A DNA stretch of 64,000 bases from a virus: IMG/VR virus record IMGVR_UViG_3300046314_000372, positions 2,349 to 66,348 of that record; one strand, 5' to 3'. Positions 9,671-19,817 of this stretch are shown here, in pieces (the stretch's first letter is position 1; every line of letters begins with the position of its first letter). The notes under the pieces are model-generated. The model was given only the letters and a program-made list of their open reading frames with translations, was not told where the DNA came from and did not search any database. The position numbers and the translations under genes are program-made.

Positions 9671-10123
9671 TTATTCCCGTGATATTATAGCCCAGCTAGT
9701 TCCATTGAATAACACAACAATACAATCATTAGACCCCAATGATTTACTATTACTATTATCAATTTGTTGACCGCCAGTTGCTGTTAAAGTTATGTTTCCA
9801 TTTACTTGGTTTTTTACCATGTAAATTTTGCCTGTAATACCTAGTGGCAATGTAATAGTTATACCATTAGTATTAGCACCAATGTAGTAGTCGCTAGCTA
9901 ATATACTGTAATTTGCATTAGCTATTTTTACTTGAACTAGTCCAGCATTTTCTGCAGATAGAACACCTTGAGGCGTAATAGATAATCCGCTACCTACCTT
10001 AATTATTCCAAGAGTGCTAGTAGTAGCTATCTCACTCTCTAGTGTCTGCTCTTGTATTCCCGGCCTAGTGGTTGGTATTTGTTTTAGCCCTACTCCAGCT
10101 TTAATAGGTCTGTTGTACGACAT
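9671..10123 (-). CDS. fibrous structural-like protein (paralogue 1 of 3)
   Basis: Thr/Gly/Ala-rich beta-type sequence; conserved C-terminal 'NGT.W.II' motif shared with the next two ORFs. Confidence 0.3.
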   Translation of the reverse strand: MSYNRPIKAGVGLKQIPTTRPGIQEQTLESEIATTSTLGIIKVGSGLSITPQGVLSAENAGLVQVKIANANYSILASDYYIGANTNGITITLPLGITGKIYMVKNQVNGNITLTATGGQQIDNSNSKSLGSNDCIVVLFNGTSWAIISRE

Positions 10124-10124
10124 A

Positions 10125-10526
10125 TTATATAATTAACCACTGTGTACCGCTGTACACTAAAGTTAGGCTACCATATGGAGCATCAATAGTGGCAGTAACA
10201 GCACCGTCAATTGTACCCGCAGTTGGTGTAACAGTAATAGGTGTTGCAGGTGCTGCTAAGCCTAATCCATCTTTGATTGTAAATTCTTGGCCTAGTACAC
10301 CTGCCGGTAGTGTTACAGCAACAGCAACAGGGCCAGGAACAGCTACATCAATGATATTATCGGTTGCAGCCACTACGGTAATAGGAGTTGCAACTGCAGT
10401 TCTAATATCTGCAAACGCGCCCCCACTTGCACTAATAGTAATTGTTGTTGCGCCAGTGTTTGTTGTTGGAGTTACTGTGATGCCAGTTCCTGCGGCAATT
10501 GATAACGAGTTATTTGTATATGACAT
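10125..10526 (-). CDS. fibrous structural-like protein (paralogue 2 of 3)
   Basis: Paralogue; C-terminal 'YGSLTLVYSGTQWLII'. Confidence 0.3.
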   Translation of the reverse strand: MSYTNNSLSIAAGTGITVTPTTNTGATTITISASGGAFADIRTAVATPITVVAATDNIIDVAVPGPVAVAVTLPAGVLGQEFTIKDGLGLAAPATPITVTPTAGTIDGAVTATIDAPYGSLTLVYSGTQWLII

Positions 10527-10535
10527 ATTGTTTCC

Positions 10536-10982
10536 TTAAACAATGTTCCATTCGGTACCATTAAATATTAATGTTATGCTACCATATGGAGAATTAATAG
10601 TTGCACTAGCAGCACCGTCAATGGTAGTACTAGCAGTTATTGTGATTGGGTTTATTGCCGCATCTCCGTCAACATCTTTTATTATAAACACCGTACCTAT
10701 AGGGCTAACGGGTAATACTATTGATGCGGGTGCAGCTACATCGACCGCTAAATAATAATCAGTTAAGGCAGCGGTAAAAGGTGTAGCGGTAACTACGGTT
10801 GTCGGTACCAGTCCGGGGGTACCGGGCGGGCCTGGTGGACCAGGTGGGCCTACCGGGCCAGGCGGTCCTGGTTGGCCGTTTATAATGCTATTGATAAATA
10901 GATCATTATCCTCAATCAAAGGTGGTAGCGGTAAGTATGCAGGTAACGGCCATCCAAATGGCATAAATTGTTGTTGTTGCAT
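10536..10982 (-). CDS. collagen-like repeat fibrous protein (paralogue 3 of 3)
   Basis: 'GPPGPVGPPGPPGPPGTPG' G-X-Y run; C-terminal 'YGSITLIFNGTEWNIV'. Confidence 0.35.
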   Translation of the reverse strand: MQQQQFMPFGWPLPAYLPLPPLIEDNDLFINSIINGQPGPPGPVGPPGPPGPPGTPGLVPTTVVTATPFTAALTDYYLAVDVAAPASIVLPVSPIGTVFIIKDVDGDAAINPITITASTTIDGAASATINSPYGSITLIFNGTEWNIV

Positions 10983-11040
10983 ATTATTTCCTGTATTAAA
11001 AAAGCCCCCACGACTTGTGGTCTTGGGGGCTCCTCAAATA

Positions 11041-11973
11041 TTAACGAATGTTAGTATTTGTGTTTGTAGGTGTAGAAGTTTGTGTACCGCTTCCTACGTT
11101 GATTGCACTATTAGCATTAGTGATGTTCTGACCTAAGCTCCAGATCAGATTGGCTAATTGGCCGTACTGAGCTTGTTGTTGCTGTTGTTGTTGCATCTGG
11201 TTAATGTTATTAGTTGTAGTGATTTCAACACCGCGACTTAGTGCAGCGCTATTAGCGTTGCTACGTAGTTCAATTAGTGCTGCATTAGCTTCGCCTAACT
11301 GACGCTGTAGGTTGATTTCGTACTGTTGTGTGATTAGAGCACGAGTCTTTTCACCATCAGCACTAATATCTTTGCTTAGCTCATAACGATTTTCCATAAT
11401 GTTTTGGTTAATTGCAGCTTGACCTTGCATTAAGGCAACTGAATTAACGTTAATAACATCTTTTACACCGTCAATACGGCTAGCTAAAGCTTGCGTAATG
11501 CTGTTTAATTGACTAGTAAGACCCAGAGTTTGTGTTGCTTGAGAAGCTTCCATTGTTGCTGTGCTTACTGCAACAGACTTATCAACAGCGCCAATACTAG
11601 CCATTAAATCCATGTTAGCTTGGTTTTGTTCTGGAGGGTTACGTAGTGTTGCACCTAGTGCAGCTCCGCCAGCACCATCCCCACCTAGTAAGTTACCGCC
11701 GTTGCGTAGTAGGCTTCCTAGGATAAGACCGCCGATTAAACCACCACCGCCAGCTCCGCCACCGAAAAGTCCATCACCACCGCCGCCACCCATCATCATT
11801 GGGATTGTTGGAGTCATAATATCTGCCATTTTAGTTTCCTTTAAAGTTTCTTTAACTTGAGATGCTAGTTGCTTGTAATAATTGTCAGCAAAACTAGCTT
11901 GTTTTTTAAGCGCATCCATGACTTCTTCAGCTGCTGCTGTTGAAACCGGAACGCTAGTAGTTGTATCATCCAT
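11041..11973 (-). CDS. Gly/Gln-rich protein (possible virion/internal protein)
   Basis: Poly-Gly tract, poly-Q, coiled-coil-like N-terminal half. Confidence 0.3.
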   Translation of the reverse strand: MDDTTTSVPVSTAAAEEVMDALKKQASFADNYYKQLASQVKETLKETKMADIMTPTIPMMMGGGGGDGLFGGGAGGGGLIGGLILGSLLRNGGNLLGGDGAGGAALGATLRNPPEQNQANMDLMASIGAVDKSVAVSTATMEASQATQTLGLTSQLNSITQALASRIDGVKDVINVNSVALMQGQAAINQNIMENRYELSKDISADGEKTRALITQQYEINLQRQLGEANAALIELRSNANSAALSRGVEITTTNNINQMQQQQQQQAQYGQLANLIWSLGQNITNANSAINVGSGTQTSTPTNTNTNIR

Positions 11974-12229
11974 ATATGTAAATTTCTATGTAGTGGATTG
12001 ATATGATACTGCGTATCATCGCGCAGTTCACAAATCTTGTGAACTGATATAATTATACAACTATTTGCTATGTAGTGCAACCCAGCTTTTAGGGTTCCAG
12101 GAGTTAAAATGCACGGTAATAAGAAATTATGTAGGACATTTTTGGGCAAGTGCATTGGCGCACGTTGACAATTTTTGACGACAAAAAAGCCCCCGAGTTT
12201 TGCAACGCGGGGGCTTTTGCTTTGGCTAA

Positions 12230-12439
12230 TTATTCAGCTACTGGCTCAGCAGGCTTAGCCTGGCTGGTAGCTTGAAGTTTTATCTTATCACTAATTGGAT
12301 TACACACTTTACCGGGCAGCTCTTGTAAAGCTGCCAATATTGCGTTTATTTCATTAAGGGATAGGTCTAGTCTTAATATGGGATTGTTGTTCATAAAGCT
12401 ATTATTTAATTGGGCAAGCACCTGTGGCACATTCAGCAT
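12230..12439 (-). CDS. small hypothetical protein
   Basis: ORF only. Confidence 0.2.
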   Translation of the reverse strand: MLNVPQVLAQLNNSFMNNNPILRLDLSLNEINAILAALQELPGKVCNPISDKIKLQATSQAKPAEPVAE

Positions 12440-14369
12440 CTAAGATTTCGTCAAAACTGTTTGTGTTGTTCAAGTCAACAAGCTGCAAGGTATTAGCATA
12501 CTCTTTGTAGTCTTGCTCGGTAACGACTTCTTGCGGTAGGTATAAATAACCTAAGTCTTTAGCAGTCTTAGTTGGGTCGGTACGGTAGATGAAACTAACA
12601 CCAACATAACAATCCCAGTTATCCAGCAACCAGTCAATAATAGCAGGAGCTTCACTTGGATCATAGCTAATAGTTACCGAAGTGTTTTGCTGATTCCACG
12701 ATGTTTGCAGCAATTTATAACGCTCAAGCTGCACAATAGCCGACTCAACGTTAACTTCCTTGCCATCGACTTTATCAAATGGAACTCCGTCCCACATTAC
12801 TGGGAACGTAACAAGAACTCCAGAATCATCAACAGGATGATTAATAACACGGTAATTCGCTTCACGTAGCTTCTCAACCACCGGGTCATGTTTACTAAAC
12901 TGAACATTGTTGAAAATATACTTTCCTAGTGGTTTGTGTACGCCCTCTGTGGTATCCATAATCTTGGATAATGTACCACTTGGTTTGATGCAAGTTACGT
13001 TCTTGGGAGCTGGCAAGCCTAGCTCTAAGCTCATACCCATAGCAGCGCCAGTTGCAGTACGCTTCAAGTATTCGTAGTCATATGCACCCATATCTGGACG
13101 CATAGCAATACCTGTTAAGCCAACTCCGCAAAGACGCAAGAAGTAGTTGTTGAGATGCCAAGACTCTTGAAGAATTCCGTCCTGCAAGTTGACACAGGTT
13201 TGACGATAGTTTGCACGGGCTGCAAGTCTAATCGCTGCGTGTAGACCGGCTGTGTCGCCCTTGAATTTAGCAATATCGGTTTCTGTAAGATTACAGAATG
13301 ATTTATTACCAAGTAAGATTTCCACGCAAGGGTTTGCACCTTTGAACCATGGAGCGCGACGTAATGCTTCAATTTCATTGATAAATCCGGGTTCTGAACC
13401 ACCTGCTTCAATCATCAATCCAAAAATCTTTTCTAGATCTGATTTTAAGGGCTTCTTTTTAAATACTAGCGAGTTATTGGACTGTGTGCGGTGAGCATTG
13501 TCGTGCAACCACCAGTCTTTCTTGGCTACTGCGAATTCTTCCCACTCCGGCTGGTCATAATCAAAAAGAGCGATTTCAGCACTGCGACGACTTGAAAGAA
13601 TAGTGCCAAGGTGATTGACAATATCCATAATATCCATGCGAGTAAGAAGACTGTCGGCACGGCCGTTAAGGATATTAGCCACCGCAACGTAAGCAGTACT
13701 AATTGCCGCATCTCCGCTCGAAATCCATCCATATCCTTTTAACCTTTCACCAGCAGGTCGAAGCTGACTAAAGTCAAGCACAAGAGTATCAGCAGGATAC
13801 TTACCCGCAATAAGCTTACCAATAGACTTTGCCCAAGCCTCTGCGCTGTCTCCAACTGTGATTGTCCAAGTCTTGGTTTCAGCATCAAACGTTTCGGTAT
13901 TATGTTCATTTCCACCTTTTTCTGTACGAGTACTGCGAACTACTCGAATATTCTTAATAGGCTTTGAGAATCCGTTTAGTGTACCAACGATGGGCTTAAA
14001 GCCTACACCACAACCTTGTAGTAGCAACCATAAAACGTCAACTACGTCATAGATTGTTTCAACGTGTGTGAAGCTGCAATTAAACTGAGAGGCTTCGCGT
14101 GTTTTAGCAACATTAGTGCCGCCAAGCCAAAGTGTACGACCACTCATTAAGACCTTGCGATCTAGCATCAGCTGCTCAAGATCATAAAGTTCTGCGTATT
14201 CTACGTCATTTAAGTCGCGTGCAACTGCTCGTTCCCACAACCACTCTTGGTGATCAATAACGCGAGCTACCGTTTCTTCCCATGTTTCAAATTGTTTTCC
14301 GTCGTCTGAGGTTGGGCGATTATATGTACGACGTGTGATTACTTGCGCTCGTGTTGATGGTTGGTTCAT
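12402..14369 (-). CDS. nrdJ: class II (adenosylcobalamin-type) monomeric ribonucleotide reductase, RTPR-like
   Basis: C-terminus '...ECATGACPIK' mirrors the C-terminal redox Cys pair/CPIK end of monomeric class II RNR; active-site-like 'NPCVEI'; length 655 aa. Confidence 0.65.
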   Translation of the reverse strand: MNQPSTRAQVITRRTYNRPTSDDGKQFETWEETVARVIDHQEWLWERAVARDLNDVEYAELYDLEQLMLDRKVLMSGRTLWLGGTNVAKTREASQFNCSFTHVETIYDVVDVLWLLLQGCGVGFKPIVGTLNGFSKPIKNIRVVRSTRTEKGGNEHNTETFDAETKTWTITVGDSAEAWAKSIGKLIAGKYPADTLVLDFSQLRPAGERLKGYGWISSGDAAISTAYVAVANILNGRADSLLTRMDIMDIVNHLGTILSSRRSAEIALFDYDQPEWEEFAVAKKDWWLHDNAHRTQSNNSLVFKKKPLKSDLEKIFGLMIEAGGSEPGFINEIEALRRAPWFKGANPCVEILLGNKSFCNLTETDIAKFKGDTAGLHAAIRLAARANYRQTCVNLQDGILQESWHLNNYFLRLCGVGLTGIAMRPDMGAYDYEYLKRTATGAAMGMSLELGLPAPKNVTCIKPSGTLSKIMDTTEGVHKPLGKYIFNNVQFSKHDPVVEKLREANYRVINHPVDDSGVLVTFPVMWDGVPFDKVDGKEVNVESAIVQLERYKLLQTSWNQQNTSVTISYDPSEAPAIIDWLLDNWDCYVGVSFIYRTDPTKTAKDLGYLYLPQEVVTEQDYKEYANTLQLVDLNNTNSFDEILDAECATGACPIK

Positions 14370-14377
14370 CTAATTCC

Positions 14378-14569
14378 TTAAGTTCTGCAATATGGCAGCG
14401 ATACAATACGTACGCCACCATCGGGTTGTTTTTGTTGTTCAGCTAATTTTTCACTTAGCTTTAGGCAAGCATAATATGCTTTGCGATTTTCATTATTTGT
14501 GTACAGTATGCAACTAAGTATGCACACTACTACTAGTCCTAGTACTATTGATCTAATATCAAATTGCAT
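14378..14569 (-). CDS. small membrane protein
   Basis: Single TM helix. Confidence 0.2.
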   Translation of the reverse strand: MQFDIRSIVLGLVVVCILSCILYTNNENRKAYYACLKLSEKLAEQQKQPDGGVRIVSLPYCRT

Positions 14570-15046
14570 TTAAGTCCCTGTACTACCAAAACCGCCTGTA
14601 CCACGTTGTGTGTCATTCCAAATATCTTTAAACTCAGGCAGCAAAACTGGCATAATCACCAGCTGTGCAATTCGGTCTCCGACCGAAATTTTATATGGGT
14701 CTTCCGAAATATTTTTTAGCAATACTTTTAAATTTCCACGATAATCGGAATCAATGACTCCAACACTATGTGGGATTGTAATGCCTTTTTTCCCTTGCGA
14801 GCTGCGATTGAAAATAAAGCCTCCGTAGCCTTCTGGAATTTTTATCGCTATACCCGTATCCACAAGTTTTTGTTCTTGAGGATAAATTTCGTGTTCTTCA
14901 TAGCTAAACAAGTCTGCTCCGGCATCTGTGCGATGTGCTCGTTCAGGAAGTTTAGCTCCAGGCTGTACTTGACATTCTAGCTCTGGCTTAACAGGCACTC
15001 CACGAGCATGATCGTAGTCTCGGTTAATATTTATAAAATGGCTCAT
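14570..15046 (-). CDS. dut: dUTP diphosphatase
   Basis: dUTPase motifs 'GVIDSDYRG', 'RIAQLVI', C-terminal 'RGTGGFGSTG'. Confidence 0.85.
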   Translation of the reverse strand: MSHFININRDYDHARGVPVKPELECQVQPGAKLPERAHRTDAGADLFSYEEHEIYPQEQKLVDTGIAIKIPEGYGGFIFNRSSQGKKGITIPHSVGVIDSDYRGNLKVLLKNISEDPYKISVGDRIAQLVIMPVLLPEFKDIWNDTQRGTGGFGSTGT

Positions 15047-15888
15047 TTTAAGTAAATGTCTAAGGTTTCGTTGATTGTTTGTAGGTTATCGTCACCAATG
15101 GCATCAGCACAGTAAGTCACCAAGTCCATTAGTTGATAGTTGAGTAAGAGCAAGTCTTTGCATTTGTTTAAGTTTTGAATATAAACATATTTACCAGGAA
15201 TTGGAATACTAGCAGCAATATCGTAGGCTGTGCCGTACTGTTTGACCAATTCAACCGCACGCTTAGGCCCAACCTTGTCAACGCCCATTACATTATCGCC
15301 TGAGTCACCCATCAAACACTTAATGCTGATGTAATCTTCAGGATCAAAGTCGTAGTGGTCATTCCAGTTGTCAATGGTGACTTCTTTGCGTGTAACATAG
15401 GAGAATCGTGATACGCCTGGCTGCACTAGCAAGTCCCAATCCCGGTCGCTGGAAATCAACCAAATATCGTCAGTGCTCAACTTAGACTTTTGTGATACAA
15501 TATATGCTGCAATATCGTCGGCTTCTACGCCCTGAAACTTTAGCACTGGGTAGCTTGTAGTTTCTTCAATCTGTTTGATAGTGGCAAGGAAGTCTTCAAA
15601 GAAAAGTTCAAAAGCTGCGCGCTCAGCATCTGTTTGCTCAGCTTGTTTGTCTTTGCGGTTTTGTTTATATTCAGGGCTAAGTGCTTTACGATAAGTTGAA
15701 CTGCCTTGGTCGCAAGCAATAATAACGTGCGAAGCTTTATACGATTTTTTAAGGCTATCAACTGTACGGATATAGTCCAGTGCAAAATCAGTAGCACCCG
15801 AATGCTTGTATCGGAACGCTAGGTTAAGTGCGTCGACAACTAGCAATGTGTTATTAGTTGCTGCTGCTTGTTTAAATGTAATACTCAT
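15043..15888 (-). CDS. 5'-3' exonuclease / flap endonuclease (T5 D15-like)
   Basis: PIN-like N-terminus 'LLVVDALNLAFR', H3TH region 'GDSGDNVMGVDKVGPKRA'. Confidence 0.75.
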   Translation of the reverse strand: MSITFKQAAATNNTLLVVDALNLAFRYKHSGATDFALDYIRTVDSLKKSYKASHVIIACDQGSSTYRKALSPEYKQNRKDKQAEQTDAERAAFELFFEDFLATIKQIEETTSYPVLKFQGVEADDIAAYIVSQKSKLSTDDIWLISSDRDWDLLVQPGVSRFSYVTRKEVTIDNWNDHYDFDPEDYISIKCLMGDSGDNVMGVDKVGPKRAVELVKQYGTAYDIAASIPIPGKYVYIQNLNKCKDLLLLNYQLMDLVTYCADAIGDDNLQTINETLDIYLK

Positions 15889-15915
15889 TGGTTATATTTC
15901 TGTGGTTAAGAGTAT

Positions 15916-15944
15916 ATTATACACTAATAACCTCTTGTATTCAA
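15916..15944 (-). promoter_or_regulatory. sigma70-consensus promoter (minus strand) upstream of the flap endonuclease gene
   Basis: On the minus strand: TTGAAT-N17-TATAAT. Confidence 0.45.
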
Positions 15945-16399
15945 GTAACAAATTGTGGTTGCTCGTACTGTAACCAATCTTCTAAGAGCGCCACATAAAA
16001 CTCGTGGCTTTCGTGATTGTAGTAGATGCATCTGTAAGCTTGTGAATTAGGCATATCGTCAAACGCCACAAACACTTTGCTTCTGTTAAATTTAAATATC
16101 AGCAAAGGTTTTTTACTTACCTGCGTACCCTGACGTATAGTCTGCTCCCAAAACTCTACAAGTTGTGGAGTTTTGGAAGTTAGCAAGTGTGACGTTAAGT
16201 GATCTTCTGCGTAACCTTTTACTTCGGTACAGTAGAGGTTGGTTCGTCCAGGCACATAAAGATCGCCTTTTAGCAAATGTTTAGGGTCTAGTGCGCCGCT
16301 TCCAGGTACACGCTCCCAACCCAGACCCGTATGTTTCTTTAAAAGGTCACGTACTACTGTTTCAGTACGTGCCCCCTTAGCTCTAGCGTCGACGACCAT
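15941..16399 (-). CDS. Hjc-like Holliday junction resolvase (PD-(D/E)XK)
   Basis: 'KGARTE..LLKK...ERVPGSGA...LYCTEVKG' matches the archaeal Hjc pattern. Confidence 0.5.
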   Translation of the reverse strand: MVVDARAKGARTETVVRDLLKKHTGLGWERVPGSGALDPKHLLKGDLYVPGRTNLYCTEVKGYAEDHLTSHLLTSKTPQLVEFWEQTIRQGTQVSKKPLLIFKFNRSKVFVAFDDMPNSQAYRCIYYNHESHEFYVALLEDWLQYEQPQFVT

Positions 16400-16737
16400 T
16401 ACTTTGGTGTTCTAGGCTTAGGCTGAACTATCGTCTTAGGCGCAGGCGTAACTGGTGCCTCCACGGCAGGCTCACTCTGCTCAGGACTTTTGGTATCTGC
16501 AGCTACTTGCTCAGGGACAACTACCTGGCTATCTTCGCTAACAGATTGTGTTACACCAACAGTAACTACGTCTGTTTCGTCAATACTAACTACTACGGTA
16601 CCTTCAAGTACTCGTAGAGTTTTAAATTCGTCTCGTGTTAAGATAGAATTTAAAAATACTGGCTGTTCTAAACCATTACGTGTAAATACAGCCTTGGCTG
16701 TGTTTAGTTTTTCAATTTTAACCATTTTATACCTCAA
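16399..16737 (-). CDS. hypothetical protein
   Basis: ORF, Pro/Thr-rich C-terminus. Confidence 0.25.
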   Translation of the reverse strand: MRYKMVKIEKLNTAKAVFTRNGLEQPVFLNSILTRDEFKTLRVLEGTVVVSIDETDVVTVGVTQSVSEDSQVVVPEQVAADTKSPEQSEPAVEAPVTPAPKTIVQPKPRTPK

Positions 16738-18565
16738 TTTGTGATATATTATTGCTTTTCACCACATTTACTTTTTCAAGCAGTGGGTGGCTAAAGCCAT
16801 GAGACACTAAAAAGGTATTTAGGTGCTCTTCTCGCAATAAAACTTCAATTAAACGCTCTTTGCCATCTACGTCCAATGTCTCAACCGTCTCGTCTAGAAT
16901 CAATAAATTAATCCGTGAACTGGAAAGGGTTTGCATTAGCTTACGAATGGCCAAAAGCGTTGCTACGTTTACTCTAGCACGTTCGCCTCCCGACAGTGCT
17001 AGCATTTCAATGTCTTTGCCGTTATCTGTGATAACGACGTTTAACTTGTCACTGGCGTTTACTCGGAAAGCAATCTGAAATCTTCCGTCAGATAAGTCTA
17101 CCAAGTACTTGTTAGTGATTTCTTCCAAGTCTTTTACCAAGCACTCGATCTTGTAAGCAACAAGTCCTGTTGTCGAAAACGTCTTTGTTAGTACGTTTAG
17201 GATACTCATGCGTTCGGAAAGCTCGTGCAATTTACCTGAATAAGTTTCAAGCTCGGCGTTCATTTCCACCATTTGGTTAGAAATTATATCAACCTTGGCA
17301 TTATGTGCACTAGCACTTAAGTTGTGTTTCTCAGCTTTAGCAATAGAATCTTTTAGCGTACTAATGGCTTTTTGAAGGCCGATAAACTTAGATTCTAGCT
17401 CATTTTTATCCAACAAGTCCGACTGAATACTATCGTCAATTAAGGCATGGTATCGCTCCCACTCCTCTTTTGACTTATTGGCAGTATCCCATATTTGAGT
17501 ACGTTTTGTTATGTCTGCACGAAGTGCATCTAATTCCGAGATTCTGTTAGAAATACGTGCGCTTGCTTCTAGTGCTGTTTCCTGAATCTTTTGCTGTTCT
17601 GCAATTAGTTCAGCAATCTTTGCTTCGTCGATTTCCTGCAAACAAGTCGGGCACGTTCCGTGCAAAGCACCAATCTTTTTGGTAAACGCTTGCGAATCGC
17701 GAACAGTTTTGGACAGCTCTACAGATTGGGTGTTTAACTGACCTGCCTCAAATTGCAACGGCTTAGGGTCTTCAGTTGGTTTCTCTGGAATAGGAAACAG
17801 CTTAATCTTGCCTTGAACTTGCTTGTAAGTATTGTTCTGAGTAATCTTTTTATTGATAAACTCCAGGCTCTGAATCTGCTTGTCTAGCTGAGTGGCTTCG
17901 GAGATTAAGTCGTCTGAAATAACAGGAACTTCCACATAAGTTTCGGCAGATAGATTAGTCTTGGAATACTTGTTTAACCAAGCATTTACAGTATTAACCT
18001 GCGCCTGAACTTGGGTAATATCCTTGCCCAACTCTTGCGCGGTTTCTTTGAAAACTTCCTGTGCTCTAGTGTACTTGCCAAGATTTAAGATTTCAATAAG
18101 AAACTTTTTACGGGCAGTATCTGGGGCAGTTAAAAATTCCAGGCTACTAGAACTACTTTGATAAACAATCTGTGAGAATGTTTTATGGTCAAAGCCTAGA
18201 ATTTCCTCGATATTTTTATAAGTCTGAGTAGCTGTGTGTGCACTAATATCAACACCAGATTTAAACAGCTTAACAGTTTGAGTCGTACCTCGCTTAGTAT
18301 CAATACGATATTCTGTGCCGTCTTTGTCAAATACCACTGAAATACTATAAGACTTATCTTTGGTATACCTGTTAAGAATATCTGCTTTTTTAATCGACTT
18401 GGAGTTTTTGTTGAATAAGCCTTCTTCAAGAACTAAGGCAATAGAACTTTTACCATGCCCATTTTTACCCACAAGCTGCGTAAGCGCACAAGCAGAAAAG
18501 TCAATGGTATTATTAGTACCATAGCTAAAAGCATTATCCCATGCTAGTGTTTTTATTGTTATCAT
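16727..18565 (-). CDS. Rad50/SbcC-like ATPase
   Basis: Walker A 'GKNGHGKSS'; long coiled coil; signature 'LSGGERA'; Walker B 'LILDE'. Confidence 0.7.
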   Translation of the reverse strand: MITIKTLAWDNAFSYGTNNTIDFSACALTQLVGKNGHGKSSIALVLEEGLFNKNSKSIKKADILNRYTKDKSYSISVVFDKDGTEYRIDTKRGTTQTVKLFKSGVDISAHTATQTYKNIEEILGFDHKTFSQIVYQSSSSSLEFLTAPDTARKKFLIEILNLGKYTRAQEVFKETAQELGKDITQVQAQVNTVNAWLNKYSKTNLSAETYVEVPVISDDLISEATQLDKQIQSLEFINKKITQNNTYKQVQGKIKLFPIPEKPTEDPKPLQFEAGQLNTQSVELSKTVRDSQAFTKKIGALHGTCPTCLQEIDEAKIAELIAEQQKIQETALEASARISNRISELDALRADITKRTQIWDTANKSKEEWERYHALIDDSIQSDLLDKNELESKFIGLQKAISTLKDSIAKAEKHNLSASAHNAKVDIISNQMVEMNAELETYSGKLHELSERMSILNVLTKTFSTTGLVAYKIECLVKDLEEITNKYLVDLSDGRFQIAFRVNASDKLNVVITDNGKDIEMLALSGGERARVNVATLLAIRKLMQTLSSSRINLLILDETVETLDVDGKERLIEVLLREEHLNTFLVSHGFSHPLLEKVNVVKSNNISQIEV

Positions 18566-18809
18566 TTGCTAATTTTTGTTTTAGCTCTTGCAATCCGCCA
18601 ACATATTCACCATTAATGAAAATCTGCGGAACACTACGAGCGTTTGGAACTTTTTCAATCAAATCTTTTTTACTAAAACCATTAATGCCCAACATCTTTT
18701 CAGTGTATTGTACACCAAAGTTGTCTAGCATACGTTTGGCTTCGGTACAAGCAGGGCAGTTGGTTTGTGACCACACTTCGGCAGTTGAGTTACGTAAATT
18801 TTTCAGCAT
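18534..18809 (-). CDS. glutaredoxin
   Basis: CPAC active site and 'VPQIFINGEYVGG'. Confidence 0.6.
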   Translation of the reverse strand: MLKNLRNSTAEVWSQTNCPACTEAKRMLDNFGVQYTEKMLGINGFSKKDLIEKVPNARSVPQIFINGEYVGGLQELKQKLANDNNKNTSMG

Positions 18810-19761
18810 GATTCTGCATCTCCTGTAGAACCTTATCTATTGTAGGCTCCGGTAGTTCTAGTATGTAGGTTAAATACTCTTTGACCTCAGCATCTAAACT
18901 CATTTCAGGTTCTAGCATCAATGCAGAGTCCGTGTCTCGTTTAAGTATTTTTGAGGCAATAAGTTCTGAGTCTGCAAGTTCTCCGAGTTCTTGCATATCG
19001 CCTTGCACCTCATAGATTGTGTGATCAAAGGTGGTGGCATTGGCGGAGGTGGTGGCCTCTTCGGCCGTAAGGGTCTTTTTGAGTAGTTGTGGGAGCGCAA
19101 ATTTTCGCCACTCATGACTGAGAGTATCAACATCAAGGATAATAGCGCCAGTATCGACTCTGGTACGGTGAAAGCTAGTAGTATAAGGGCTGCCAGGATA
19201 AAGAATATTGCGCTGAGAGTTTTCATAGCTGTGTAAGTCACCTGCTAGAACTACATTCCAGCGGTTAAAAAGGTCCAAGTCAATTTCTGGCTTTACATGA
19301 GGTAAAATCTCAGCACGGAAATGGCTGCAAAGAATACGGCCTTTGAACTCCATTGAGGCGTGATTTTTCTCAAAGTCTTTTAGCTTGCAGTAAGGAATAA
19401 TGTCTAGGTCAAAGCCCACAAAGTATTCGTAATCATCTACCACTCGCACTAGTGGGTTTAATCTATGCGTGCTTTTCTTTAGGTAAGACAAAAAGGTTTG
19501 AGCTTTTTTGGTAGCCTCGTGATTTCCATCAAAAATAACTGTGGGTTTTTTCATGGAGGCAACAAAGTCAAAGTAAAGTTCTACTTCATCCATTGTTGGA
19601 AGTCGGTCAAATATATCGCCACCTATGATCACAAAGTCAGCTTCGGACTGCATTTCCTGAAACTGATCTATGAACATTGCAAATCGGTTTTTGGCCCACT
19701 CAACAGGTACATTTTTCTGACCGAGCTTAATGTGCACGTCAGCAGTAAAAAGTATTTTCAT
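18790..19761 (-). CDS. Mre11/SbcD-like nuclease (calcineurin-like phosphoesterase)
   Basis: 'FTADVHI', 'GGDIFD', 'DGNHE' phosphoesterase motifs. Confidence 0.7.
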   Translation of the reverse strand: MKILFTADVHIKLGQKNVPVEWAKNRFAMFIDQFQEMQSEADFVIIGGDIFDRLPTMDEVELYFDFVASMKKPTVIFDGNHEATKKAQTFLSYLKKSTHRLNPLVRVVDDYEYFVGFDLDIIPYCKLKDFEKNHASMEFKGRILCSHFRAEILPHVKPEIDLDLFNRWNVVLAGDLHSYENSQRNILYPGSPYTTSFHRTRVDTGAIILDVDTLSHEWRKFALPQLLKKTLTAEEATTSANATTFDHTIYEVQGDMQELGELADSELIASKILKRDTDSALMLEPEMSLDAEVKEYLTYILELPEPTIDKVLQEMQNHAEKFT

Positions 19762-19817
19762 TGTGTATAAGATAAGAAAGCCCGCTAAGCTTTTACGATT
19801 AGCGGGCTATGGGCATA

